Shown in pieces: positions 22,404-31,986 of a stretch of 64,000 nucleotides of DNA (position 1 is the first letter of the stretch; each line of letters opens with the position of its first letter). This stretch comes from Gemmatimonadales bacterium (GTDB lineage Bacteria > Gemmatimonadota > Gemmatimonadetes > Gemmatimonadales > GWC2-71-9). A program made the position numbers and the translations under genes. Under the pieces are notes generated by a model that was not told the origin of the DNA, searched no databases, and was given only the letters and a program-made list of their open reading frames with translations. The stretch is taken from NCBI GenBank assembly GCA_041615815.1, contig JBFJCP010000005.1, forward strand, positions 80,662 to 144,661, given 5' to 3'.

Positions 22404-23053
22404 ACGTCGGTGACCGCCTTCCCGCGCCTCCGGTACCAGTACACGTAGGCGGCCACGATGGCAGCCAAGATCGGCAGGAGTACGAGCAGAGCCATCGTGC
22501 CATAGCGACGCACCTCCGGACTCCACAGGATCGCATCGATATCGGTGATGACATCGGCATGGCGTCCCACGTACCAACCGATGTACGTCAGGATGATGCA
22601 CCAGATGCCGGCCCCAGCCGCGGTATAAATGACAAATCGATCCAAGCGCATTCGGGCGAACCCGGCGGGCACCGATATGAGCTGGCGTACCAGTGGCAAC
22701 AGCCGGGCCACGAACGTGCTGATCTCGCCATGGTGGCGAAAAAACTCTTCCGCGCGCTTAAGGGCGGATTCGCGCACCAAGACGTAGCGGCCGTAGCGAT
22801 ACAGGAATGGTCTTCCCAGCTTGGCCGCGAGATAGTAGTTGAACAGCGCCCCCAGGATGCTCCCAGTGAGGCCGGCAAGAGCCGCGAGGGGAGCGCTCAT
22901 GCGTCCCTGCGCGGCCAGGAATCCCGCCGGTGGCAGGACGACTTCACTTGGGAACGGCACAAAAGACGATTCGAGAGCCATGAGCAGCGTGATTCCGGGA
23001 TAGCCGAGCCGCAGGATGGTCTCGGCGAGCCACGTGACGACGGTCTCTAACAT
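22400..23053 (-). CDS. DedA family membrane protein
   Basis: LESSFVPFPSEVVLPPAG, ARLLPLVRQLISVPAG. Confidence 0.92.
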   Translation of the reverse strand: MLETVVTWLAETILRLGYPGITLLMALESSFVPFPSEVVLPPAGFLAAQGRMSAPLAALAGLTGSILGALFNYYLAAKLGRPFLYRYGRYVLVRESALKRAEEFFRHHGEISTFVARLLPLVRQLISVPAGFARMRLDRFVIYTAAGAGIWCIILTYIGWYVGRHADVITDIDAILWSPEVRRYGTMALLVLLPILAAIVAAYVYWYRRRGKAVTDV

Positions 23054-23056
23054 CGG

Positions 23057-23722
23057 TCAACGATCCTGACGGCGGAAACCGTGGCGACCGACGAGAGGAA
23101 CGAACAGGGCATCCCCCAGTGACTCCTCTGTGAATCGTGGGCCCTGCTTCGTGATCCGCACGAGTTCCTGGCCACGCTCGCGCTGCACGGGAATGAGTAG
23201 CCGTCCGCCTTCCGCGAGCTGCTCCAGGAGGGGCTGTGGGGCTTCGGGACTGGCGGCCGCGACCAAGATCGCGTCAAAGGGCGAGAGGGATCGCCAGCCC
23301 AAGCTCCCGTCGCCCACCACGACCGTGACCGTGACGGCCGCTTGCTGGAGGGCTGCTCGCGCACTGGCGGCAAGATCCGGCAGACGCTCAACCGACACGA
23401 CGCTGCTCGCGAGCTGGGCCAGCAAGGCTGTTTGATAGCCGGAACCAGTCCCGACTTCCAGCACCCGCTCCTGGCCCTGCAGCGCCAACGCTTGTAAGTA
23501 CCGGGCCTGAGTCGTCGGCTGAGAGATCGTTTGACCGTGGCCGATGGGGAGCGCCACGTCTTCATAGGCGCGATGCCGCAGGGCCTCTGGCACGAACAGG
23601 TGACGCGGCACGATCCCGAACGCACGCAACACGGCGAGGTCGCGAATGCCATTGGCGCGGAGCTCTTCGATGAGGCGAGCTCGGTACCCGCCGTACGAGT
23701 CTCTTACGTACCCAGCTCCCAT
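23057..23722 (-). CDS. pcm: Protein-L-isoaspartate O-methyltransferase
   Basis: VPRHLFVP, AYEDVALPIGHGQTISQP, VLEVGTGSGYQ, GDGSLGW. Confidence 0.95.
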   Translation of the reverse strand: MGAGYVRDSYGGYRARLIEELRANGIRDLAVLRAFGIVPRHLFVPEALRHRAYEDVALPIGHGQTISQPTTQARYLQALALQGQERVLEVGTGSGYQTALLAQLASSVVSVERLPDLAASARAALQQAAVTVTVVVGDGSLGWRSLSPFDAILVAAASPEAPQPLLEQLAEGGRLLIPVQRERGQELVRITKQGPRFTEESLGDALFVPLVGRHGFRRQDR

Positions 23723-24453
23723 GCGCGGACGTCTTCGAGAAGGTTGTAGTTGGTCAGATCGACGTGCAACGGCGTGACGGAAATGTAGCCGTCGTGGATG
23801 GCCCGGAAATCGGAGTCCTCGCCGCCGGACCACGAGATCTGCCCGCCACCGATCCAGTAGACCCGTCGTCCCCACGGGTCTTTGGTCTGAACCAGCGACT
23901 CGGAGTACACCCGTTTGCCCAGCGTGGTTACGCGGATCCCTTTGATTTGCGTTCCCGGGATGGGTGGCAGATTGATGTTGAGTAGCGTCTCCTTGGGGAA
24001 ATCGCGAACCGTCACGATGTTGGCCGCGAGCTTGTCGAGCCACGGGCGCTGGGTCTGCAACACCTCCACGTCGAAACCCGCTAGCGAGATGGCGACCCCC
24101 GGGATGCCCAATGACAGGCCCTCCATTGCCGCCGCCACCGTACCCGAATAGAGGACGTCCTCGCCCATGTTCGGGCCGTGATTGATGCCGGAGAACACAA
24201 AGTCGGGCTTGTCATCCAGGAGGGCGCCGAGGGCGAGCAGTACGCAGTCAGTGGGGGTACCGTCGACCTGGAGGGACGCATCCGGTAAGCGGGACACCCG
24301 CAGGGGTCGGTGCAGCGTGAGCGAATGGCTCGCCCCACTCTGCTCGCGGTCTGGGGCCACGACCGTGACCTGTCCGAGTCCGAGACAGACGTCGGTGAGC
24401 ACACTCAGTCCATGGGCGCGCACGCCGTCGTCGTTGCTGATCAAGATGTTCAA
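23704..24453 (-). CDS. surE: 5'/3'-nucleotidase SurE
   Basis: ILISNDDG, APDREQSGASHSLT, GTPTDC, SGINHGPNMG, YSGTVAAA; TTG start overlapping the MerR stop. Confidence 0.96.
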   Translation of the reverse strand: MNILISNDDGVRAHGLSVLTDVCLGLGQVTVVAPDREQSGASHSLTLHRPLRVSRLPDASLQVDGTPTDCVLLALGALLDDKPDFVFSGINHGPNMGEDVLYSGTVAAAMEGLSLGIPGVAISLAGFDVEVLQTQRPWLDKLAANIVTVRDFPKETLLNINLPPIPGTQIKGIRVTTLGKRVYSESLVQTKDPWGRRVYWIGGGQISWSGGEDSDFRAIHDGYISVTPLHVDLTNYNLLEDVRAWELGT

Positions 24454-24812
24454 GGAGTGGGTTTCCCGTCGAGTATCGCCAGGATATCTCGGAGTTCGGT
24501 TGCCAGGTTCTCGATCGTTTCGTGCTGCAAGGCGACGCGCGCTTCGGTTTTGAGGCCCCCGGTGCGCCGGTAGTGCTCGATGCGGCGTCGGGCACCTTCG
24601 ATGGTGTACTTCTCCGTGTACAGCAAGTGCTTGACGAGCATGATAAGCTCGATCTCGCGACGTTGGTAGACACGATTGCCAGAGCGGTTCTTCGCAGGAT
24701 TCAAGAAGCGGAACTGGCTCTCCCAATAGCGAAGGACATGCGGTTTCAAATCGGTGAGCTGACAAACGTCACCGATCGAGAAGAACTCTTGAACGGGTCG
24801 TGGCACCGTCAC
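24450..24812 (-). CDS. MerR family transcriptional regulator
   Basis: FSIGDVCQLTDLKPHVLRYWESQF...KNRSGNRVY...YTIEGAR; GTGA overlap with gpsA stop. Confidence 0.9.
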   Translation of the reverse strand: MTVPRPVQEFFSIGDVCQLTDLKPHVLRYWESQFRFLNPAKNRSGNRVYQRREIELIMLVKHLLYTEKYTIEGARRRIEHYRRTGGLKTEARVALQHETIENLATELRDILAILDGKPTP

Positions 24813-25810
24813 CGCCACCGCTCCGGCTTCGGTTCGCGGCGCATGAGGGCGCGCACTGCATCCTCGGGGCGTTTGCCTTCGAACAGGATTTCCTCGACCT
24901 GCTCGGTAATTGGCAGCTCGACGCCCACGCGGCGTCCCAACTGGAGGGCAGCCTTGGCCGTTCCGACCCCCTCGGCCACTGTGCGTCGCTCCTGCAGGAT
25001 TTCGTCCAGCGATCGACCCTTGGCGAGCTCAATGCCCAACGAGCGATTGCGGCTCAAGGCGCCTGTCGCGGTGAGAATGAGGTCTCCCATTCCGGCCAAG
25101 CCCGCGAACGTCATGGGGTGAGCCCCCATGGCTTCGCCCATCCGTGTCATTTCGGCCAGACCACGGGTGATCAGCGCCGCGCGGGAGTTATTGCCGAGGC
25201 CCATGCCGTCCAGCAGGCCGGCGGCGATGGCCATGACGTTTTTCAGCGACCCGCCGAACTCGACCCCCCGCACGTCGTCGCTGGTGTAAACGCGGAAGTA
25301 GTTGGTCCAGAACACGCGTTGGGCGATTTCGGCCGCCTCGATGTCGTGGGAAGCCACGACCACGGCCGTGGGCTGTCGTTGGTAGACCTCGGCTGCAAAG
25401 CTCGGGCCGGAAAGCGCCACGATCCGTGCCTCGGGCACGGTTTCCTCCAAGACCTCACTCATGGTCTTGAGCGAGCCACCCTCGATGCCTTTGGAGACGC
25501 TCACGACAATGGGCGGAGCGCTCCCGTCGAGCGCCGCCGCCACGCTGGTGCTCACCGTCCGCACGGCGTGCGACGGCGCCGCGGACACGACGAGCTCGGC
25601 GCCATCCACCACATCACCGATGTCGTGGGAAGCACGGAGGCCCTCGGCCAGGGGCGCATCAGCCAAAAACAGGGCGTTCACGTGGTCCCGATTCACCGAC
25701 TCGACGACCTCGGGCTCCCGTGCCCAGATGACGACCTCGTAACCTTGATGGGTCAATAGATCGGCGAGGGTCGTCCCCCAGCTTCCCGCGCCCACGACGG
25801 CGATCTTCAC
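24809..25810 (-). CDS. gpsA: NAD(P)H-dependent glycerol-3-phosphate dehydrogenase
   Basis: VVGAGSWGT, SKGIE, LSGPSFAAEV, GGSLKNV, GLAGMGDLILTAT, SRNR. Confidence 0.96.
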   Translation of the reverse strand: MKIAVVGAGSWGTTLADLLTHQGYEVVIWAREPEVVESVNRDHVNALFLADAPLAEGLRASHDIGDVVDGAELVVSAAPSHAVRTVSTSVAAALDGSAPPIVVSVSKGIEGGSLKTMSEVLEETVPEARIVALSGPSFAAEVYQRQPTAVVVASHDIEAAEIAQRVFWTNYFRVYTSDDVRGVEFGGSLKNVMAIAAGLLDGMGLGNNSRAALITRGLAEMTRMGEAMGAHPMTFAGLAGMGDLILTATGALSRNRSLGIELAKGRSLDEILQERRTVAEGVGTAKAALQLGRRVGVELPITEQVEEILFEGKRPEDAVRALMRREPKPERWR

Positions 25811-25811
25811 G

Positions 25812-26417
25812 TCAGGCAGCTCCGGACCGACGTCCCAGCCGGTGTTCTGTTCCTGCCAGGAGACGTCGGATGTTGGAGCGGTGATTGAAGACGATGAACA
25901 CGGCGAGGGCGAGACCGGCAAGGAGGGTATACCGATTGGCTGGGTGCAATACCCAGACGACGATGGGGAACGTGACGGCGCCCACCATGGACGCCAGCGA
26001 CATGAAGCGCGTGGCCAAGAGCACGCCGAGCCACGTGACGGCACTGATCCCAAACGCCACCGGCTCCAAGGCGGACACCACGCCGGCTGCGGTGGCCACC
26101 CCCTTCCCTCCCCGAAACCGAACGAAGATGCTGACGACGTGTCCGACGACGGCGACGATCCCGAGCAACAGCGGCATCCACGTTTGGCTCCCCGCTCGGG
26201 GAGCAAACACCACGACGGGTATCACGCCTTTCGCGATGTCCACCAAGGCCACTGGGACCGCGTAGCGAAGACCGAGCACCCGATAGAGGTTGGTCGCGCC
26301 GAGATTGCGGCTGCCATGTTCGCGCAGGTCGATCCCGGCGGCCACCTTCCCCACCACGAAGCTGGTCGGGATCGCTCCCAGGAGGTAGGCGGCCAGCAGC
26401 CAGAACAGCAGCGTCAC
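25812..26417 (-). CDS. plsY: Glycerol-3-phosphate 1-O-acyltransferase PlsY
   Basis: GSRNLGATN, FRGGKGVAT, HRSNIRRLLAGTE. Confidence 0.95.
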   Translation of the reverse strand: MTLLFWLLAAYLLGAIPTSFVVGKVAAGIDLREHGSRNLGATNLYRVLGLRYAVPVALVDIAKGVIPVVVFAPRAGSQTWMPLLLGIVAVVGHVVSIFVRFRGGKGVATAAGVVSALEPVAFGISAVTWLGVLLATRFMSLASMVGAVTFPIVVWVLHPANRYTLLAGLALAVFIVFNHRSNIRRLLAGTEHRLGRRSGAA

Positions 26418-27736
26418 GATCGGCCACGGCGCCGGCGAAACTTGAGGCGAATAGGCACTCCCGTAAACCCCCAGGCCCGTCGAAATCCGCGTTCCAGGAA
26501 CCGCCGGTACGATTCTGGAATGGACTCCGGGTAGCTCGTCACGATGGCGAAGCTCGGTGGGGCCACACCCACTTGTGATGCGTACAACAGCTTCACCTCG
26601 ACCCCTCGTCGTTGGGGTGGTTGGTTACGCGCCACCAGTGTTTCCAGAACACGATTCACCTCGGCCGTTGGGATCCGGTGCTGGCGTGCATCCGCCACGC
26701 TCACGATCACGTCCAGGACGCGGCGGACGCGTTGACCCGTCAGTGCCGAGACATAGAGGAATGGGACGTAGCCCAAGAACGGCGCCCGCTTGACCATCGC
26801 ATCTTCGCCGCGGCGCGCGGTCTGAGCGTCTTTTTCCTCCACGAGGTCCCATTTGTTGACGGCGATGATCAGCCCCGCCCCGCGGTCCCAGGCCGCTTCG
26901 GCGACCTTCAAATCCTGTCCACGAATCCCCTCGGTGGCGTCGACCAAGAGGATGCAGACGTCCGCCCGCTCGATCGCCCGCTCCGTGCGGAGGGCCGAAT
27001 AAAACTCGAGTTCATCCTCTACTTTCGATCGCCGCCGTAAACCCGCAGTATCAATGAAGTTGAGCGTTTTACCATGGTATCGCAAGGGGGAATCGATGGC
27101 ATCGCGGGTGGTACCGGCCTCCGGGGTCACGACCGCCCGTTCCTCACCCACGAGCCGGTTGAGCAGGCTCGACTTGCCCACGTTGGGACGTCCCACCACG
27201 GCGACGTCGATCGCGTCGTCGGGGGGATGCGCGGGCGCCGCGGGTAGCAGGGCGACCAGCCGTTCCAGCAGGTCTCCACTGCCCCGACCGGTCGCGGCAG
27301 ATACGGGCTGTGGATCGCCGAGCCCCAGGGCGTGAAAAGCATGGTGGGAGAGATCGCCGGCGAGGTCGTCCGCCTTGTTCGCCACCACGAGGACGCGGTG
27401 TTGGTGGGATCGCAGGATCCCGGCCACCTCCAGGTCGGCGGGATGCACGCCCTGCTGCGTGTCGACGACGAACAGAATGACGTCGGCATTCGCGATGGCT
27501 TGTTCCACTTGGTGGCGGACGGCGCGGGTGAGCGCGTCGTCCCGGCCTGCGATCCATCCGCCGGTGTCCACGAGCCAGAACGTGTGGCCTCCCCATTCGG
27601 CGCGGGCGAAGTTCCGGTCGCGGGTGACCCCGGGGCGGTGGTCCACGATCGCCCGTCGCCCGCCGACGATGCGGTTGAACAGCGTCGACTTGCCGACGTT
27701 GGGGCGGCCAACGATGGCAACGGTTCCTTGTGTCAC
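26414..27736 (-). CDS. der: Ribosome biogenesis GTPase Der (EngA)
   Basis: Two tandem GRPNVGKS G-domains, DTGG/DTAG, NKAD/NKWD. Confidence 0.97.
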   Translation of the reverse strand: MTQGTVAIVGRPNVGKSTLFNRIVGGRRAIVDHRPGVTRDRNFARAEWGGHTFWLVDTGGWIAGRDDALTRAVRHQVEQAIANADVILFVVDTQQGVHPADLEVAGILRSHQHRVLVVANKADDLAGDLSHHAFHALGLGDPQPVSAATGRGSGDLLERLVALLPAAPAHPPDDAIDVAVVGRPNVGKSSLLNRLVGEERAVVTPEAGTTRDAIDSPLRYHGKTLNFIDTAGLRRRSKVEDELEFYSALRTERAIERADVCILLVDATEGIRGQDLKVAEAAWDRGAGLIIAVNKWDLVEEKDAQTARRGEDAMVKRAPFLGYVPFLYVSALTGQRVRRVLDVIVSVADARQHRIPTAEVNRVLETLVARNQPPQRRGVEVKLLYASQVGVAPPSFAIVTSYPESIPESYRRFLERGFRRAWGFTGVPIRLKFRRRRGRS

Positions 27737-29001
27737 TCGGCGGGCGAGGTCAGGACGTCGGCAAAATCGTAGGACAGGCGAATCACCGGCGGTACCGCCG
27801 CGGCGAGATCGTCCACCGACATATCGTCGAGGAATCGGCCTCGGTCGTTGACGGCCTCGGCAGGAATCAGCGCCAGATCGATGTCGTCCCGGTCCAGCAA
27901 GGCGGTCCGGAAAGCGCCGCCAGGCAGGAGGCCTGCGCAGGTGACCGATTCGCCAAACAAGTCGTTCACGAGCGTCGTCAGCTCAAAGCGTCCTCCCGTG
28001 GTGGTTCCCAGGGTCCGGATGACTTGAGGCATGAGAGGACCCATGGCGGCGCCCGTCAACACTGCCACACGGCGGTTGCGCAGCGATGGCATCGGGCCGC
28101 TGGCGATCCGGTCCAGAAGGTGCCGTACGGCCCCCACGCCGTTCTCGAGTTGCTCGAACCCGTCGTACCGGTCCGCTTCCGGCAGCGGAAGATCAGCGAC
28201 GAGGTACAGCTCGTCGGATCCGTACGCCCAATGATGCTGGCGTTCCCGGAACGCCGTACGAGCCCGACGGTCGACGCTGCCAATGGCACGCCGGCACTCG
28301 TCGCGGGTCGGTTGGCGCACGAGGTGATGCTTGCTGAACGTCGTGAGCCCCACGGGCACGACCGAGACCGAGATGATCGCGTCGCCGAGGTCATACAGAT
28401 CCTGCAGCGTCTGCTCCAGGACGGCCCCGTCGTTCACACCAGGTTGCAGAACCACCTGGGTGTGGAACCGAATGCCATGGCTGGCGAACTCCCGCAGTTG
28501 CACGCGGACATCGGGTGCGCGCGGATTTCGCAACAAGCGCCGGCGGATGACCGGGTCGGTGGCATGCACGGAGACGTACAGCGGTGACAGACGGTATTCG
28601 ATGATCCGATCCACGTCGCGTGGTTTCAAGTTGGTGAGGGTGGCGAAATTCCCGTAGCGAAACGACAGTCGATAGTCGTCATCTCTGATGTACAGTGGTT
28701 CGCGGAGGCCGTTGGGGAGTCCATCGACGAAACAAAAGTCGCAGCGATTGGCGCACCGACGGATGGTTGGCGGTTCCAGCTCCACACCGAGCGGAAGTCC
28801 CTCGGGGCGTTCGACGTCGTACTCGACGAGCTCGCCCTCTGCGGTACGGACGAGGAGGGTGAAGTGCTCGTCAGCTGCCCGGAACTCCCAATCGAGGAAG
28901 TCGTGGAGGTGGTGCCCGTTGACGGACAGCAGCTCCGTCCCGGGCCTCAGCGCGAGCTCGGCACCGAGTGAGCCTGTTTGAACGGCGGTGACGCGGATCA
29001 T
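27733..29001 (-). CDS. DUF512 radical-SAM-like protein with N-terminal PDZ-like domain
   Basis: CANRCDFCF (CxxxCxxC), RDDDYRLSF, PGVNDG, QLENGVG; adjacent to der. Confidence 0.85.
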   Translation of the reverse strand: MIRVTAVQTGSLGAELALRPGTELLSVNGHHLHDFLDWEFRAADEHFTLLVRTAEGELVEYDVERPEGLPLGVELEPPTIRRCANRCDFCFVDGLPNGLREPLYIRDDDYRLSFRYGNFATLTNLKPRDVDRIIEYRLSPLYVSVHATDPVIRRRLLRNPRAPDVRVQLREFASHGIRFHTQVVLQPGVNDGAVLEQTLQDLYDLGDAIISVSVVPVGLTTFSKHHLVRQPTRDECRRAIGSVDRRARTAFRERQHHWAYGSDELYLVADLPLPEADRYDGFEQLENGVGAVRHLLDRIASGPMPSLRNRRVAVLTGAAMGPLMPQVIRTLGTTTGGRFELTTLVNDLFGESVTCAGLLPGGAFRTALLDRDDIDLALIPAEAVNDRGRFLDDMSVDDLAAAVPPVIRLSYDFADVLTSPAE

Positions 29002-29092
29002 TTGACCTTGCGGCGCCAATCAGAGCGCGTGGCTGGTCGTGGCCGGCGCGTCCGGGCGGAACCCGACGGCACCTGACGACGCGGGAGAGATC

Positions 29093-29140
29093 AAAGAGAA
29101 ACGGCGGCGCAGCGTAGAGCCGAAACCACCGCGCTGCCGT
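29093..29140 (-). terminator. Probable intrinsic terminator after tRNA-Gly
   Basis: Inverted repeat ACGGCGGCGC / GCGCTGCCGT (29101-29140) followed on the minus strand by TTCTCTTT. Confidence 0.45.
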
Positions 29141-29163
29141 TCGATGCTTCTCTCGCTGTGCAG

Positions 29164-29235
<72 letters not shown>

Positions 29236-29253
29236 AGGTGACCCTCGAGGCGA

Positions 29254-29283
29254 ACAGTAGGCCCGGGCCGGGGAGGCTGTCAA
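29254..29283 (-). promoter_or_regulatory. Sigma70-type promoter of tRNA-Gly
   Basis: Minus strand TTGACA (29283-29278), 18-nt spacer, TACTGT (29259-29254). Confidence 0.65.
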
Positions 29284-29341
29284 CGGCGAGGCAACCGCCG
29301 AGCGGGCATCGCACCGCGCTCGACGGATGCCGGATAGCCGT

Positions 29342-30751
29342 CTAGCTGCCCACGGCGTAACGCCAGGCAGAGATGTCCGCTGCGGAACCCGTGACCTCGA
29401 AGTCCTCCGACGCATGAGCACCGAGTTGTGCTAGGTCCACCTTGGCCGTGGTCAGCACGTTCCCCTGTCGATCCAGAAACTCGAAGGTGATCGGTGGGAG
29501 CTTTGTTGTGGCGTTCCTCTGATTGCTGATCGTCCCACGGACCGTAATCGAGGAATCGCCAATCTCCGCCTGGTACACCTCGATGCCGAAGGCCATGGCT
29601 TCGACTCGCTGCAGCACCGCCAGCGTGGAATCGTCCATCCGCCGGATCTGGAACGAGGCGGCCAGCAGGCGCATGGCTTCCTGTCCCCGCGGTTCCACGC
29701 TCACGAGCCGCCGAGCGGCGCGCTCCATGCCCCTCGCGGCCTCACGTCGCTCGTCGGGTGTAGCGGAGGTATCCTGCGCCATCGCGAGGTAGCTGTTGAC
29801 GAGGTTGTAGAGCCCGTCGCGATGGAGGCGGTTCTTCTCGAGGCCCAGCTCGAACGCCTTGGCCGCGAGGTTCAGACGCCGGGCCGCAAACAGATTCTGT
29901 CCCGCCTGGAATAGTTCGCCCATGCTCAGCGAATCTGCCTTGTTGAACACGCTGTCATACATGACGGCGGCCTGGTCCGTGTTGCCCAGCTGGGTGTACG
30001 CGGTGGCCAGCCCTACCAATCCTTGTGGGTCGTCGGGCACGATTCCGCGGTACTTCTGATACCACACCACGGCCGAGTCCCACTGTTCCTGGGCGGCGTA
30101 CAGCAACCCGACGTTATACGTGGAGACCTCGACGTTGCGCTCACGGGTGGAATCGATGGCCCCCACCTCCGCCACCTTGCGGAAGTAGTGTAGGGCGCTG
30201 TCCAACTCGTTGTCCTGACCGTAGATCACACCCAGGTAGTAGTAGCCGACGTTGTCTTCGTCGAAGATCGTGTTTGCCGTACGTAGGAGGCGCTTCGTCG
30301 CTTCCATGTTGCCTGCGTTCAGCGAATCGATGGCCTCGTTCATCTTGGGGGCCCACATGACCATGCGATAGTATTTGACGTCGTCCTGGCACTCGGGTGC
30401 CAATCGCATCGTATGCGCGAACGCGGAGTCCGCACCGACCACGTCGTCCTTCAGGACGTAGTAGCGGCCCAAGAAATACCAGACGGCTGGGTTTTCCGTC
30501 TGATCTCCTGCAAGCGCCGAATCGAGGTTCTGCTGAGCGTTCCTCAACAGGTTCGCGCGTTTCGCCGGATCCGCCTCCTGGCTGGCGCTCGTGATGTACA
30601 CGACGGTGTTCTTGACCAGGAAATGACCGAGGTCGAGATCGCACTGGGGTGGCTGATATCCCTCTGCCTGCCCGTGGGCGTTCCCGACGATCATCGTCAG
30701 TCCGAAGACGGCCGCAGCGGTCCGGACAAACGTCCTCATGTTCATGTGCAT
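29342..30751 (-). CDS. Secreted TPR protein with C-terminal FxLYD-like Ig domain
   Basis: Signal peptide (AHG-QAE), TPR-like repeats (WYFLGRYY, YYLGVIY, YNVGLLY), C-terminal VRGTISN...FEFLDRQGNVL; AAGGAG RBS. Confidence 0.72.
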   Translation of the reverse strand: MHMNMRTFVRTAAAVFGLTMIVGNAHGQAEGYQPPQCDLDLGHFLVKNTVVYITSASQEADPAKRANLLRNAQQNLDSALAGDQTENPAVWYFLGRYYVLKDDVVGADSAFAHTMRLAPECQDDVKYYRMVMWAPKMNEAIDSLNAGNMEATKRLLRTANTIFDEDNVGYYYLGVIYGQDNELDSALHYFRKVAEVGAIDSTRERNVEVSTYNVGLLYAAQEQWDSAVVWYQKYRGIVPDDPQGLVGLATAYTQLGNTDQAAVMYDSVFNKADSLSMGELFQAGQNLFAARRLNLAAKAFELGLEKNRLHRDGLYNLVNSYLAMAQDTSATPDERREAARGMERAARRLVSVEPRGQEAMRLLAASFQIRRMDDSTLAVLQRVEAMAFGIEVYQAEIGDSSITVRGTISNQRNATTKLPPITFEFLDRQGNVLTTAKVDLAQLGAHASEDFEVTGSAADISAWRYAVGS

Positions 30752-30752
30752 C

Positions 30753-31961
30753 TCACTCCTTGTTGACGGCATTACGCCATTCCTTGCCATTCTGCGTCGC
30801 GACTTCGGCAAGCCGCGTCGCCTCCCGGGCCACCTCGAACGCGGGTCGCGCCAGGACCCCTGCCGCCGCCACCACGTCGGTGTATTCGGGCTTGAGCCGC
30901 AGGCCTGCTGGGCTCTCCAGCACCTTCACTCGTACACGAACCGACCCGTCAAGCTCCACGATGAGCTCCTGCCGCGGAAGCGTTACCCGGCTCGCCGGCC
31001 ACCGGCGAATGCCGGCCGTCGTGCTGTGAGCGAATAGGGCGTCGATGACCCGGTCGCTGGCATCCGCGGCCGCCACCGCCTCAATCCGCAGGCCAACGCG
31101 TCCCTGCTTGGCCTGCGTCGGCCACACCTGACAATCGAGGGCGCCGGCCGCAAACAGCGCCTCGCGCAAGGGCTCGATGTACTCGGGCGAGAGATCATCG
31201 ATGTCCGTCGCCAGCAGCTCCACGAGCCCGGCCTCGTGCGCCGATTCTGCTACCAGGATCCGCAGCGCGTTGGGATACCCGTCCGGGTCCCGACCTCCTG
31301 CCCCCCAGCCGCTTCGGACCATGCGCCACGCGGCCGGCGGTGGGCCGCTCGACAGCACCCGCACCAAGGCCGCCCCCGTGGGCGTCGTCGCCTCTCCGAC
31401 CACGGGGCCACCGGCTCGCACCTCGATGCCTTCGAGGAGCACCGCGGTGGCTGGGGCGGGGACCGGGAGCTTCCCGTGCGCGGTATCCACCCAGCCGTTC
31501 CCGACCGCCACCGGCAGGTGAAACACCTGCTCGGTGCCCAACCGCTCGAATCCCTCCACCGCCCCGATGATGTCCAGCACCGCGTCGATCGCCCCGACCT
31601 CGTGCAAGTGGACGCGGTCCGCCGTCACCCCGTGGACCCGACCTTCGGCCGTCCCGATCAGCTGGAACGCTCGGCGGGCGCGGTCTCGCACCCGGTCCGA
31701 CACGGGCGCGCGGCCCACGAGGTCCAAGAGCTCGCCGAGATGCCGGCCGTGGCCATCCCCGTCCCGCGGGATATCGAAGTCGACCTTGGTGGAGGCTACG
31801 GCCCCCCGTTCAACCGATCGGATGCGGACGCCGACGCGAGGAAATCCGAGACGCGCGGGCAAAGCCTCGATCCACTGGCGGTCCACGCCGAGGTCGAGCA
31901 GCGCTCCCAGGGTCATGTCCCCGCTGATGCCCGCGAAGGGGTCGAGAATGGCGATCGGCAT
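30753..31961 (-). CDS. larC: Nickel-pincer cofactor biosynthesis protein LarC (TIGR00299-type)
   Basis: DPFAGISGDMTLGALLDLG, VHLHEVGAIDAVLDI, HGKLPVPAPAT, TPTGAA, KPEY. Confidence 0.9.
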   Translation of the reverse strand: MPIAILDPFAGISGDMTLGALLDLGVDRQWIEALPARLGFPRVGVRIRSVERGAVASTKVDFDIPRDGDGHGRHLGELLDLVGRAPVSDRVRDRARRAFQLIGTAEGRVHGVTADRVHLHEVGAIDAVLDIIGAVEGFERLGTEQVFHLPVAVGNGWVDTAHGKLPVPAPATAVLLEGIEVRAGGPVVGEATTPTGAALVRVLSSGPPPAAWRMVRSGWGAGGRDPDGYPNALRILVAESAHEAGLVELLATDIDDLSPEYIEPLREALFAAGALDCQVWPTQAKQGRVGLRIEAVAAADASDRVIDALFAHSTTAGIRRWPASRVTLPRQELIVELDGSVRVRVKVLESPAGLRLKPEYTDVVAAAGVLARPAFEVAREATRLAEVATQNGKEWRNAVNKE

Positions 31962-31986
31962 ATCGGAGCTAACCGCTAAATATCAC

